Of a stretch of DNA of 64,000 nt, positions 1 to 12,139 are shown one piece after another (positions within the stretch are counted from its first letter, which is position 1; each line of letters begins with the position of its first letter). The stretch comes from Mytilus edulis (taxonomy: Eukaryota), in assembly GCF_963676685.1 (NCBI RefSeq), contig NC_092347.1:89590001-89654000 (forward strand), given 5' to 3'. The notes beneath the pieces were generated by a model. That model was given only the letters and a program-made list of their open reading frames with translations. It searched no databases and was not told where the DNA came from. Made by a program: the position numbers and the translations under genes.

Positions 1-3000
1 CACCAAATAATTTCTTTATGGTTATTCCTTTTGTAAAGTAAGTTTTGATAGCTTAATAGATGGAGATTCTTGTGGTCTTTTATCAATGTACATTATGAAC
101 ATGATAAATGATCAAATTCAAAATACTCGTGAATATGTCATCCACTTTCATGCATAGTGAAAGGTATATATACTAGAAACAATTCTTTTAGAGTGATTGA
201 ACTACAATGTATATGAAATAAATGACAAATGTATAATCTCTTGCATTTCATTTATAATGTAATTAATCATTTGGATCTGACATATAGTTGTACTTTAATT
301 TGTTAATTTTGTAAAGATAGACCTGATTTTAAATGAAAATGAACAGCATTTTGTAAAACAGATAAAACCATGAACCCTAAGAAATAGAACAAATATTTTG
401 GGTACTGTAAAGGTTTATATCTCTTTCAGATATAATACTTATTATTATTTTATCAATCAACAAAGCTTAAATGTATATTATTTACAGGTACATGTTTTAT
501 GAAGAGAAATTTTGATGTGATACTTTAAGACCATATTGTTTGCCTCATTTATTTCAATAACTTTTTTAATTTTTATATATTTCCCTCCACCAGAAATATT
601 AGGAAATGGATCAGAAATAAAGTGTACCCACAAGAAACAGATTCAGATCCACAAGGCCATATCAATCTACAAAAACAGATGAAAAACAAAGAAAGAGAGA
701 ATAAAAAACTTAAACTACAGCAGTATTTTGCTCAGCAGTGCCAACAGGAATACCAAGAATTATATCCCCTGAAAGAGGGTCCACAGAACAGCACAAGATC
801 AGTATCTCCTAGGAAAGATACATTTTATAAATCTAGGCAACAACTGTCACCTGTTCAACAGAAAACACCTAAATTATTGGTTAGTATCAGGGCTTCCAAA
901 ATGGTCATATATTCCGGTCATTTGTATAATGTCCGGTAAAAGTCCGGCTGGGCAAAGCATGAAACGGTCATATACTTTTTAGTTTTCAAGGATTTTTCGG
1001 TCATTTTTACATAATTCACGATCTTTTTGACCCAACCTTTTGCCTTTAACATCAACACATTTCCGGTCATAAATGTGACAAGATGATTAATTACTATCAA
1101 AACAACACCTACTTCAATACTTTCTAAATTTAATCAAGGCTAATTAGTAGTTGGACAGCTGAAATCTACCTGTTCAGGTGACAGGTGAACTATGTTCAGT
1201 ACCGGACATCGTATAAATTGATTGGTTTATTCACAATTATTTTCTTACATTTCAGAGGTTTTTGTCTAATTGATTTAGTCCAAAAGATTAAAATTATTAG
1301 AAATTAGTATATTAATATGATTTGATGAAAAATTTAAAAAGGTTTTAAATAAAAAAAATCGTCAGAACTACATCGTATGAACTAGAACACGTGTGCGCAT
1401 GTGCACAGGTGGGAAATTTAATAATGCATCCTACATTTCTTTAAAAATGCTAAAATTATCAATGAGACCTGTATCTAACGTTCAAATCAAGTATTTTGTT
1501 GAAGAAATAACGTGGAAAGAGCTTCTTCTCTCAGTCGTGCTTTGTAAAACGTACACGGATTTTACGTATCCGTTTATGGTCCATGTTTTACCATTGTCAA
1601 GTCAACTTCCGGTTGAAAACGAAAGTAAAGTTTTTGACAATGTCATTTTGCACAAATAAAAAGTCTACGGCAGATATGATCACGCTGATGTGCACACTTT
1701 GAATGATGCACTGCCAATTTAACAGTAACATCCTAACATCAAATTCATATCATATCAAAGTAAAGTTTAAGATCGTTTTTTTTTAATGTAATGTCAATCA
1801 TTGGAATGGCCATCTGATTACCATAATTGCCTTTTGTGACTAAGTCTTAAGGGATTAAAATCGGGATCAGATATGAAATGTCCGGCTGGCTCAAATATTT
1901 TTTGGAAGCCCTGGTTAGTATACAGAGTAACATCTCTCTTAAAGATTGTTTACAGAGTAAGACAGAAACAGAAAACAATTGAATTATAAGTAAGAATATA
2001 GAGTTAAATCTTCTAAAAAATAGTATGAGGAAAGATAAATTGGATTAATCTAGACAGTAAGGGTCACCTGGGCAACACAAACACCATAAATTATTGGGAA
2101 GTATATAATAGAGTTATATCCCTTGAAAGATGGTTAACATGGAAGATAAATTCTATAAATCCAGAGAGCAAGGGTCACCTTTTCAACTGAAAACACCTTA
2201 GTTATTGGTTAGTATATGAAATTATATTTGGGAAGTATATAATAGAGTTATATCCCCTAAAAGATTGTCAGCATGAAAGATTTTTGGGACAAATTTCAGT
2301 CATTATAGCATACATTCTGTAGAACCCTCAATAAATAGAACAGTTGTGATTTTTTGGACATCTTCTAGTCCCTATGTGTAAGTTCTATTTTATGGAACCA
2401 TGATTATATAGACCACCATTGAATGATGTTGGGATCTATGTTAGTCCCTGTAGTGTGGTTCTTTACTATGAAACCCTCAATGAATAGAGAATCATTGATG
2501 CATGGAAAACATTTTATCCCTGTTGTGTAGTTCTATAAGATAGAACCATAATGTAAATAACATAATTTTAACCTCGTCAAAAGGAGGTGGTTGTACTAAT
2601 TTGCCCGTCTCTATTTGTCCAATGAAATTTATGTTACATTTTTCTCAGAGATTCCTGAAATTGGAACCAAACTATTCAGTGTGATACACCTGTATCAACT
2701 TCATATTCACTAAATACTTATATATTTCTAAAATATTATATAATATTGTATGAGATTTTCAATGTAATTTTTCTAGGTAAAGAATAATCAGAATTCTGTT
2801 ATCATGCTTGCTTTATGTGAACACCATTTTATATTTGAAGCAAATTTTCCATTGCTCTTCAACCACCTGTTAACTGAGGTTCTAATAATTCAGTGGTATT
2901 ATTAGTAAACAGTATTTCACAATTGTTCTTGTTAAGTCCATCTAGTGTACCGTAGTTCTATACTACAAAATCCTAATTGAATTGAAGATTAGTGATTCAT

Positions 3001-4109
3001 GGGACAACCTTTAGTCTATTTATTGTAAATTGTATACTATGGAACCCTCAAAAGATAACCATTGATTTTTGAGTCTCGTAAAATAATATTTTTTTTCCAG
3101 AACCGAGATGGTACAATATCAGGAGGAGGAGGTACACCAAGAAGAAGTTTAGCAAGTCAGTTTGATAATCAGGGTAGGTATCAACTATAAAGCTTGAAAA
3201 GAAATGTGTTGAATAAACAGCATGACTTTTAATATTTTGAAAGAAACTTTGGCTATAAACACAAGGCACTATATTACATACAATTTAGTTGGTTGTCTGT
3301 TCATGAATATTTATGACATGCAACCATTTGTTTGCACTTTAAAACCATGGGTTCATCCTTTCGACTATCAAGAAGCCTTAAGACTAGACACTTTTATTCA
3401 CAGATAATTTAATGTAGTGAGTGAGAATATAAGCAAATAAATATTATCCCAGATAATTTGAAATACTATTGAGGTAACTAAAAATGTTTGTTATATTTGC
3501 ATCACCTGCTTTTAAAATAAAGTAACAACTATTAAAACAGATATCTGTTTTAATGTCCATGCAAAATTAAGATGAACAAAGATGTGATGGCACAATATTC
3601 CTTTTACTGGGTGAATTTATTGGATTAAAGATTAATAAAAAACCATTTACCAGGTTTGTTTTAAAGTGTAATTTTGAGTTACATGTATATTTACAGGTTC
3701 AACTTCCAAAGAAAGACCAGACTATAGACAGCCACAAGAAAAATCTGACTTTTTTAACAGAATGTCAGGGAATCCTGATACTCCTTTAGAAGCTCAGGAC
3801 AGAACAGAATTCTCAAACCGTCCTACAAAGGATAATCAAAAACGTTATGACAGAGCTAACCAGAACAGACCAACATATAACAAACAATTATATGAAAAGA
3901 CAGGGAATCCCTTACAGGATAGACAGAGACAATCCCACAATAGTCCCAGGGTGAAACCCCATCATACAGATAAAAATAGAACATCTTTTACAAAGCCCTA
4001 TGTTCAAGATAAGAAATTTGTCCCAATAACTGACCCAGATGGGCTTGGTTCAGAATCGTGGCTGAACTTTAAACTTGATATTGATGCTGTTATGTCTTGT
4101 TTAGCATAA
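1..4109 (+). CDS. DCP2: mRNA-decapping enzyme DCP2, 3' part (5' end lies outside the window); exons <1-37, 594-879, 3101-3173, 3697-4109
   Basis: GT-AG introns with consistent phases (2, 0, 1). The spliced product PNNFFMVIPFVK-NIRKWIRNK matches the recalled DCP2 Box B region (APNKFFMAIPFIRPLRDWL). The C-terminus SWLNFKLDIDAVMSCLA* matches the Phe-rich metazoan DCP2 tail (FLSFKFDHNAIMKILDL). The sequence between is low-complexity. Confidence 0.88.
888..1913. mobile_element. non-autonomous hAT-type DNA transposon in a DCP2 intron
   Basis: Perfect 14-bp TIRs CAGGGCTTCCAAAA / TTTTGGAAGCCCTG; perfect 8-bp TSD GTTAGTAT (880-887, 1914-1921); subterminal TCCGG motifs; no transposase. Confidence 0.9.
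1925..2280 (+). repeat. degenerate ~110-bp tandem copies of the 3' half of DCP2 exon 594-879 and its donor site
   Basis: Blocks GAGTTATATCCC, GGAAAGATAAATT, GTCACCT and AAACACC..TTATTGG recur at about 2000-2110, 2110-2215 and 2243-2280 and match 757-887. Confidence 0.7.
2315..3070 (+). repeat. interrupted, degenerate ~80-bp minisatellite in a DCP2 intron
   Basis: Recurring GTTCTAT..TATGGAACC.TCAA..ATTGA..GGAC...TAGTCCCT motifs near 2320, 2380, 2460, 2530, 2955 and 3035. Confidence 0.5.
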
Positions 4110-4760
4110 TTTGAAGTAATACTTGAGTTAACTTGTGCCATCTGCCATGATTAGAAATGTGGATGAATTCTTGTGTTAAACTTCATATTGATGGAGTTGT
4201 CTTGACAAGCTGCGTAGTATTTGTATCTTTGTAACTAATAGTGTAATAAAATGTAAAGTACTAGTTATTGATACTGTTATTGTATTAAAAATAGACGAAA
4301 TGCACACATATTTTTAATGTCATAATTCTACTGTTGCTATGGTTCCCTTTTTTCAAAATTTGAATTCATTTGATGTTATATTTTATGAACTGTAGACAGG
4401 TTTGTGCTATACTCTACATTAATGCAGTACCACACATTGTTTGCAAATAAATAACATGATAAGAATCTAATTTAATTAAATATATGTACTATGGACTTCT
4501 TAGATATACACACATCCATTATATGTTAAAGGTTATATGACAGTAGTCAAAATATTATGAAATTAGAATAAATGCTAAAATTAGGTGCATTTTGGCTGCT
4601 GGATTCTAATCATGTCTGTTTGGGTTGCCCATACAATATAGTAAATATAACAAAACAATATGAAATTGTCATACTAGTCATAGGCTTAGCCAGCTATAAA
4701 ACCAGATTTAACTCACATTTATCAGCATAAAGTGTAACAACAAGCCGGGAATATAACACT

Positions 4761-5967
4761 TTTTAGCTCACCTGGCCCGAAGGGCCAAGTGAGCTTTTCT
4801 CACCACTTGGCGTCCGTCGTCCGTCGTCGTCGTCCGTCGTCCGTCGTCCGTCGTCGTCGTCGTTAACAATTTACATTTTGAACTTCTTCTAGAGAACCAC
4901 TGAATGGAATGGAACCAAACATGGCATGAATGTTCCTTATGAGGTGCTGACCAAGTGTTGTTACTTTGTAGCCGATCCATCATCCAAGATGGCCGCCAGC
5001 GGGGGACTTAGTTTAACATAGGACCCTATGGGAAATGCATACAAATGACTTCTTTTAGAGAACCACTGAATGGAATAAAACCAAACATAGCATGAATGTT
5101 CCTTATGGGGTGCTGACCAAGTGTTGTTACTTTGTAGCCGATCCATCATCCAAGATGGCCGCCAGCGGGGGACTTAGTTTAACATAGGACCCTATGGGAA
5201 ATGCATACAAATGACTTCTTTTAGAGAACCACTGAATGGAATGAAATCAAACTTGGCATGAATGTTCCTAATGTGGTGCTGACCAAGTGTTGTTACTTTG
5301 TAGCCAATCCATCATCCAAGATGGCCGCCAGCGGGGGACTTAGTTTAACATAGGACCCTATGGGAAATGCATACAAATGACTTCTTTTAGAGAACCACTG
5401 AATGGAATGAAATCAAACATGGCATGAATGTTCCTAATGTGGTGCTGACCAAGTGTTGTTACTTTGTAGCCGATCCATTATCCAAGATGGCCGCCAGCAG
5501 GGACTTAGTTTAACATAGGACCCTATACAAATGACTTCTTTTAGAGAACCACTGAATGGAATAAAACTAAACATTGCATGAATGTTCCTTATGAGGTGCT
5601 GACCAAGTGTTGTTACTTTGTAGCAGATCCATCATCCAAGATGGCCGCCAGCAGGGGACTTAGTTTAACATAGGACCCTATGGGAAATGCATACAAATGA
5701 CTTCTTTTAGAGAACCACTGAATGGAATAAAACCAAACATGGCATGAATGTTCCTTATGAGGCGCTGACCAAGTGTTGTTACTTTGTAGCCGATCCGCCA
5801 TCCAAGATGGCCGCCAGTGGGGGACTTTTGAATGAAATTAAACATGTTCCTTTCCTTATCAATAAGGTTGTGTTGTCACTTTTAGCCAAATTTTATATTT
5901 TTTCATATGATTTCAAAAACCCAAGTAGAATCAGGTGAGCGATACAGGCTCTTGAGAGCCTCTAGTT
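4761..5967 (+). mobile_element. HINE/DINE-1-like (Helentron-associated) non-autonomous element with an internal 166-bp tandem array
   Basis: 5' hairpin AGCTCACCTGGCCCGAAGGGCCAAGTGAGCT; (CGT/CGTC)n microsatellite at 4811-4863; about 5.7 tandem units (AGAGAACCAC at 4891, 5057, 5223, 5389, 5543, 5709); 3' subTIR CAGGTGAGC; hairpin GGCTCTTGAGAGCC; CTAGTT end in a T-run. Confidence 0.85.
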
Positions 5968-5979
5968 TTTATGGAATTC

Positions 5980-7237
5980 CCCTTCGGGCCAGGTGAGCTT
6001 TTCTCATCACTTGTCGTCATTAACTTTAAAAAAATCTTTTCCTCTAAAACTACTGGGCCAAATTTAACCAAACTTGGCCACAATCTTCATTGGGGTATCT
6101 AGTTTAAAAATCAGGTGACCCGCCCAACCAACCAAGATGGCTGCAATAGCTAAAAGAACATATTGGTAAAATGTAGATTTTGGCTTAAATCTCGGAAACC
6201 AAACCATTTGGAGCAAATCTGACATGGGGTTAAAAAAATTATCAGGTCAAAATCTATCTGCCCTGAAATATTCAGATGAATCAGACAACCTGTTGTTGGG
6301 TTGTTGCCCTTGAATTGGTAATTTTAAGGAAATTTTGCCGTTTTTGGTAATTATCTTGAATATTATTATAGATAGAGATAAACTGTGAACAGCATTAATA
6401 TTCAGCAAAGTAAGATCTACAAATAAGTTGACATGACCAAAATGGTCAGATGACCCCTTAAGGAATTATTGCCCTTTATAGTCAATTTTTAACAATTTTT
6501 CATAAATTTTTGTAATCTTTTACAAAAATATTCTCTGAAACTACAGAGACAAATTTAACCTAACTTGGCCACAATCATTATTAGGGTATCTAGTTTTAAA
6601 ATTGTGTCAGATGACCCTGCCAGCGAACCAAGATGGCTGAGATGGGTAAAATAGAACAAAGGGTAAAATGTTATTTTGATATATATCTCTGAAACCAATG
6701 AATTTAGAGCAAATCTGACAGGATAAAATTGTTCATTAGGTCAAAATCTATCTGCCCTGAAATTTTCAGACTATTCAGGCACTCTGTTGTTGGGTTGCTA
6801 CCCCTGAATTGGTAATTTTAAGAAAATTTTTCAGCTTTTGGTTATTATCTTGAATATTATTATAGACAAAGATAAACTGTAAACAGCAATAATGTACAGC
6901 AATAATGTACAGGAAAGTTAGACCTAAAAATAAGTCAACATGAACAAAATGGTCAATTGACCCCTTAAGGAGTTATTGCCCTTTATAGTCAATTTTTTAC
7001 AATTTTTCATAAATTTTGTAAATTATTACAAAATATTTTCCACTGTAACTGCTGGGCAAAGTTCATTATAAAATACAGATAATTGTAAGCAGCCAGAATG
7101 TTCAGTAAAGTAAGATCTACAAACACATTACCATCACCATTGCCGAAACACAATTTTGTCATGAATACATCTGTGTCCATTGTTTAATATGCACATAGAC
7201 CAAGGTGAGCGACACAGGCTCTTTAGAGCCTCTAGTT
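5980..7237 (+). mobile_element. second, 5'-truncated HINE-like element with ~490-bp internal tandem units
   Basis: Same termini as the adjacent element (GGGCCAGGTGAGCTTTTCT ... AGGTGAGCGACACAGGCTCTTTAGAGCCTCTAGTT) but a different core. Units start near 6047 and 6538, with a partial unit near 7047. Confidence 0.8.
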
Positions 7238-8479
7238 TGATTTACATTTGAAGTACAGAAATTTTATAAATACTATTTTGAGATAACATGTTATAAAATA
7301 CTTTATGTTTGCTGTTGTAATATAAAAGAACAACTTACAGTGTAGTAAACTTCATGCCCAGACTTATGGATGTGGAATATTTGTCTACTTTTGTCATATG
7401 TACATTTCATTTTTGTACATAAATGTATATCAAGAAGCTATAAAGTGTCATGCTGTTGCCCATAAAAATATAAATACTTGTACTTATTGAGGATCCATTC
7501 TTTCATCTTCAGTATTTAACCCACTGTAAGTTTTACATGCATTTATAAAAGGTTTTGTTTTATTTAAGTTCTGAAATAGCTGTCAAATTCATGTAAACCT
7601 ATTTGATTGAAATTCTCATATTTGATTTATAACATACTAAAATGGTAATCCAAAGTCTAAAATAAACAATTCATGATGCATGGAATTGATAATATGCTTC
7701 ATTATTTTGGATGTATTTTAGACTATACACCATCTAATTAACCATCAATGTGACATCTGAAGACTACCAACGTTCATAAAACTTGATATAAACACTAATA
7801 TAGTAAGTAATAAATAGATAGGGAACATGTGCATTTAGATTTTTGTAGGTCTGTTTGATTTAATGTATCAAATTAAAGGATGTGTTAGTCATGTATTTTA
7901 CCTGTATAAGCAGAGGCCACTGTGTATAAGAATGAGTTTTTTGCAGATCGAATCAGTCTACTAAATGTAAACTCTTTTTTCACTTCAATGTTAACATTCT
8001 TTTCCTTTTAACATGATTAATTAATGCGTAACCCATCTCTAGATACGGGTTTAAATTGAAGGTCACATGAATACAGATTCATTGACAAACAAAAACAAAA
8101 ACATGAGATAAAAAGAAGCATTGAATTTATTTTGGCTAACAAAATTTAAAAGAAAATAAAAATATAAAATTATTATGATAAATGATAATTTGTATAAAGA
8201 AGTAACCTCTGTGATTTTATACTTGATAGTGTCTACGTTCTGTGGCCCAGATCTTAAATAGCCTCAACCCTTACCTTGTAAGTAATTTCAAAATTAGAAT
8301 TATCAAATTTGTAGAAAATACTGCCAGAAAACTTTGTGCGCATTGGGTTATATAGTTAACACCACTTTATATAGTCTCAATCTTCTTAATTTTGTACCAA
8401 TGAGTATGGAGTCCTAAGGGTTAATTAGGGTTAAGTAGATATATCTACTGAGATTTTCTTGAGCCAGTGCTGTGCAGTC

Positions 8480-9360
8480 CATAATTATTTAGAGAATCAA
8501 TTTCTGATGTCCTTGGAATATGTTAGCCCATTTGTTGTATACTTCTAAATGTATGATGAGGTTTTTTTTGCTCTGGATAATTTTTTGCCTTTTTTCATAT
8601 AGAACTCTGCACCTGAGTAAAAAGTGTCCTAATTCCAGGTGACACAGAGTACAGTTTGTTCTTTCTTTTAAATTTCTGTTTGTCACATTCTAAAAATATT
8701 TTACCATTGAGAAATCAAGCTTTGATTTGTGACTTGTTTTACCTTGTTTGTAAATGACGGTAAGGAGTTCTATACTTGGTGAGTTGGATGTATGTTGAAC
8801 TGTTTTACATTATAGTTTAAGAATGTTTTTTTCTCTCTGTCTCATTTTGACTTGTACATGTAGATTACTTGTCCATTTATCGGCTATTGATGTGTTAATT
8901 TGTTTCTTTTTTTGAAAAAGTGGAGGGTTTTATTCGCTAAATAATTGGCATTCGGTTATGATATTGTAGAATTTCTTGTACTCTTGGGGAAGAAACCTAA
9001 CAATCATACAACTGTTTCTGCATTAACTTTCTTCATGTATTATTTTCAGTAAAGAGGATGGAATACAGCAAGTTAAGTTGTCCCTTATGAAGTTCTACTT
9101 CAATTGGTATGGTGCCAATAAACCTACACGACAGCTGTTAAGTTCTTATTGAAAGTGATTGAAAATATTTAATAATAGTATGATGTGGATTTCTATTTGT
9201 GTTTAATTCAGTGGTATTATTTCTAGGCCATACAATAGCCTTGGAAGAACGTCCGCTTGATAGATCTTGTATGCTGTTTTTTTTGTTAAGTCCTCCTTTC
9301 CCATTTAGTCCCACTGGAATTAAAGAATGCAGAGTCTTTCTTGCAATACTTATATATGTC
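8480..9360 (-). mobile_element. decayed non-LTR retrotransposon (LINE) ORF2, 3' fragment
   Basis: Minus-strand remnants VLPRLLYGLEIIPLN and HKGQLNLLYSIL, plus a C-terminal Cys/His knuckle CTLCHLELGHFLLRC; many stops and frameshifts. Confidence 0.7.
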
Positions 9361-9364
9361 TAAG

Positions 9365-9632
9365 ATGTAGGAAGATGTGGTATGAGTTCCAATGAGATAA
9401 CTCTCCAGTCAAGTCACAATTTATAAAAGTAAACCATTATAGGTCAATGTACGGACTTCAACACAGAAACTTGGCTCACACCAAAAAGCAAGCTATAAAA
9501 GGCCTCAAAAATTACTAGTGTAAACCTATTCAAACAGGAAAAACAACGGTCTAATCAATATAAAAAAACAAGAAACGAGAAACACTTTAGGACCACATAA
9601 ACAAATACTGAACATCAGATTCCTGACTTAAA
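9365..9632 (+). repeat. high-copy short interspersed repeat (GAAGATGTGGTATGAGTGCCAATGAGA family)
   Basis: Related copies at 22435-22660, 55757-55900, about 40025-40200 and about 48975-49190, and on the reverse strand at about 16830-16880 and 46960-47000. Confidence 0.7.
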
Positions 9633-9636
9633 AGAT

Positions 9637-11100
9637 TTGGCAAAAGATCCTACACTTATTATCTGTCTTCAAGAACATTGGCTGTGGGGTTCCGAAAAGG
9701 ACTTTTTACAGAAACATTTTCCATTTTATTCTATATTAATTCGCTCAAAAGATGATACTGATCCAGTTCTCAATTTCAATAGTGGAAAAGCAGGAGATGA
9801 ATATGGCTTGTTTTTAGAACATCTTAAATTGGAAGGCTCAGAAATTACTCCGGTATTGAAATTGGTCTTCAACTGAATAATTAAAGAACAATGAAGAAAG
9901 CAGAACTCCCGGACAATTCAAAACAGGAATTATCACCCCGGTATACAAAAAAGGAAAAGACAGCTATAGAGGAATAACAGTCTCCTCAATATTAGGGAAA
10001 ACATTTGAACATGCATTACTCAATAAAATTATTAACAAACTTGATAACCACTTATCTCAACAATTTGACTTTTCGCAACGATTATCTCCATCTACGGCAG
10101 CTCTACTAATTTCGAAAGCACACATGAATTCAAATCAGATGAAAGAAATATAATATTTGGCAACTCTCGATACTTAAAAGGCATTTGATGTAGAAAACCA
10201 CGATATTCTCATTAACAAATTATTTCAAAGGGACATCCCACTAGACATCTGTTAAACAATTTACGAAATGTATCATGATCTAACATCAAGAATCAACTGC
10301 AAAGGTAAATACAGTACCAGTAACTCATTGTTTTATGGCATATATTGAAGATCTCGTAATACAATTGTAGGAATTAAATGTAGGGCTACATTTGGGAACG
10401 AATTATTCTGGCTGTCCAACTTGTGCCGATGACATACTTTTACTGTCAAGCTCAGATGATGATATGCAGGTTATGTTAAACACCGTTAACAGTACTCCAA
10501 GGATCAATATACAATCCACCCGACAAAGAGTGTTTTATTAAAACAGAATCAAACATCGTATAATAGTGGAAAAGAGACGCTATCGGCATGGGAACTAGGG
10601 AAAGGGGAAATTACATTATCAGATCAAGCTACTCATCTCGGAATATAAACAAGAACCTCCAAAAATGAAAATATGATAAACGTTGATGAAAGAATAAGTT
10701 TGGAGCGAAGAACATCTTACTCGCTCACGAAAACAGGCCATTGAACTTATGGACTGAACCCACGTGTATCCACGCTACAATATATACAGAATACATATAT
10801 TGCCATGCCTCCTTTACAGTTTAGATGTCCTTCCGCTAAATATAACTCAAAGCACTTCGCGACTTCCACTCAACATTCCTGAGAAACATCCAATCTCTTG
10901 TCTGTCAGAACAGCTTCAGTAGCAATTTATGCGTTACTTGGTGCCCTCCCGCTCGAGGCTCACAAACGTCAATTGAATCTTCTTTACTCCATTCTTATCT
11001 CAGAAAATCAGAACCTGAAAGAAATTTTACTACAACAATATCGTCTGCAAGTAAATCAAGGAACTTTTCCAGAAAGAACTAAATCTATTCTACAAAGTAT
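9637..11100 (+). mobile_element. decayed LINE ORF2 (APE endonuclease and reverse transcriptase remnants)
   Basis: APE motif IICLQEHWL; RT remnants GIITPVYKKGKD-SYRGITVSSILGK, ATLDT*KAFDV and CPTCADDILLLS; downstream HKRQLNLLYSIL; multiple stops, frameshifts and internal deletions. Confidence 0.85.
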
Positions 11101-11236
11101 TTCTAAAGTTTTTTTATTAATAATTTGGAACCAAATCGAAGGACTAACGAGTTCTGTCCCCTTGTTGTTTTAAGCTTGTAATAGATTCAGATTAAGTATG
11201 CTAATTAGATATGTGCGCATAAAAAGTGCGCACAAA

Positions 11237-11550
11237 TCTCAGTGTGTAATTTTAAATTCTCAGTGTGTAATTTCAAATTCTCAGTGTGTGTTTTCAGTTA
11301 ATTTATTCTCAGTGTGTCTTTTTGAAATCTCAGTGTGTAATTTTTAATTCTCAGTGTGTAATTTTCAATTCTCAGTGTGCGTTTTTCATTTTTGTAATCT
11401 CATTGCGTCTTTATGAAATCTCAGTGTGTAATTTTTAATTCTCAGTGTGTAATTTTCAATTCTCAGTGTGTAATTTTCAATTCTCAGTGTGCGTTTTGAA
11501 GTTTTTAAATCTCAGTGTGCTTTGTTGTAATTCTCAGTGTGTAAATTTTT
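11237..11550 (+). repeat. minisatellite of 14 TCTCAGTGTG-cored units (21/28 bp) with higher-order structure
   Basis: Units read directly; lengths run 21-21-28-21 / 21-21-28-21 / 21-21-21-28 / 22 / partial. Confidence 0.9.
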
Positions 11551-12139
11551 CGAAAAATGGTTTAAACATAGTTTTGACGAGAACGGCTTGCCATATTTTC
11601 AGGTGATCAGGTTTGTCTTTACTAAGACTGAAGCTTGTGGTGTAAATACGGCAAGTTTCTCTAAAAAATTTGTAATGAACCTTAGCACGATTTTAGTCGA
11701 TCTTCGTAACGAATATAGGTCAAATATTCCGTTTCACCTTCACAAATAATACACGATGGACTTGAAGTATAGATACTTGGTACAGCCGTTGTTTATCATC
11801 TTAATAACGTGTTTTAGTATTCTAAGACTTTTATTTGTCTTCAGGAATATTAATTTTACTGTGCAGTCTGTTTTTGGTGATATCCATTTGACGTAGCTCT
11901 TTACATACCGTCATTGTGTTATTGTTCTATTGTAATTTTTGTATTCTTGTCTTTCATTTTTTCTAATGTGCATTGCATATATGCCTTTTTATGTTTCTTT
12001 GATACATACAAAATGTATGACGTGGCTATGAACTTTTAAATCCCGCTATTGTGTTATTGTGCTATAGTAAAGGTTTGTGTACTTGTCTTTCATTTTTGCC
12101 TATGTACTTTCTATATATGCCTTTGATATTGATATATTT

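Noticed and set aside
4768-5938. Repeated short ORFs (MMDRLQSNNTWSAPHKEH...)
   Set aside because: Translations of the 166-bp tandem repeat inside a non-autonomous element.
11237-11550. CRISPR-like look (constant core with variable spacers)
   Set aside because: The core is only 10 bp, the linkers are 11-18 bp and related to each other, there are no cas genes, and the context is eukaryotic.
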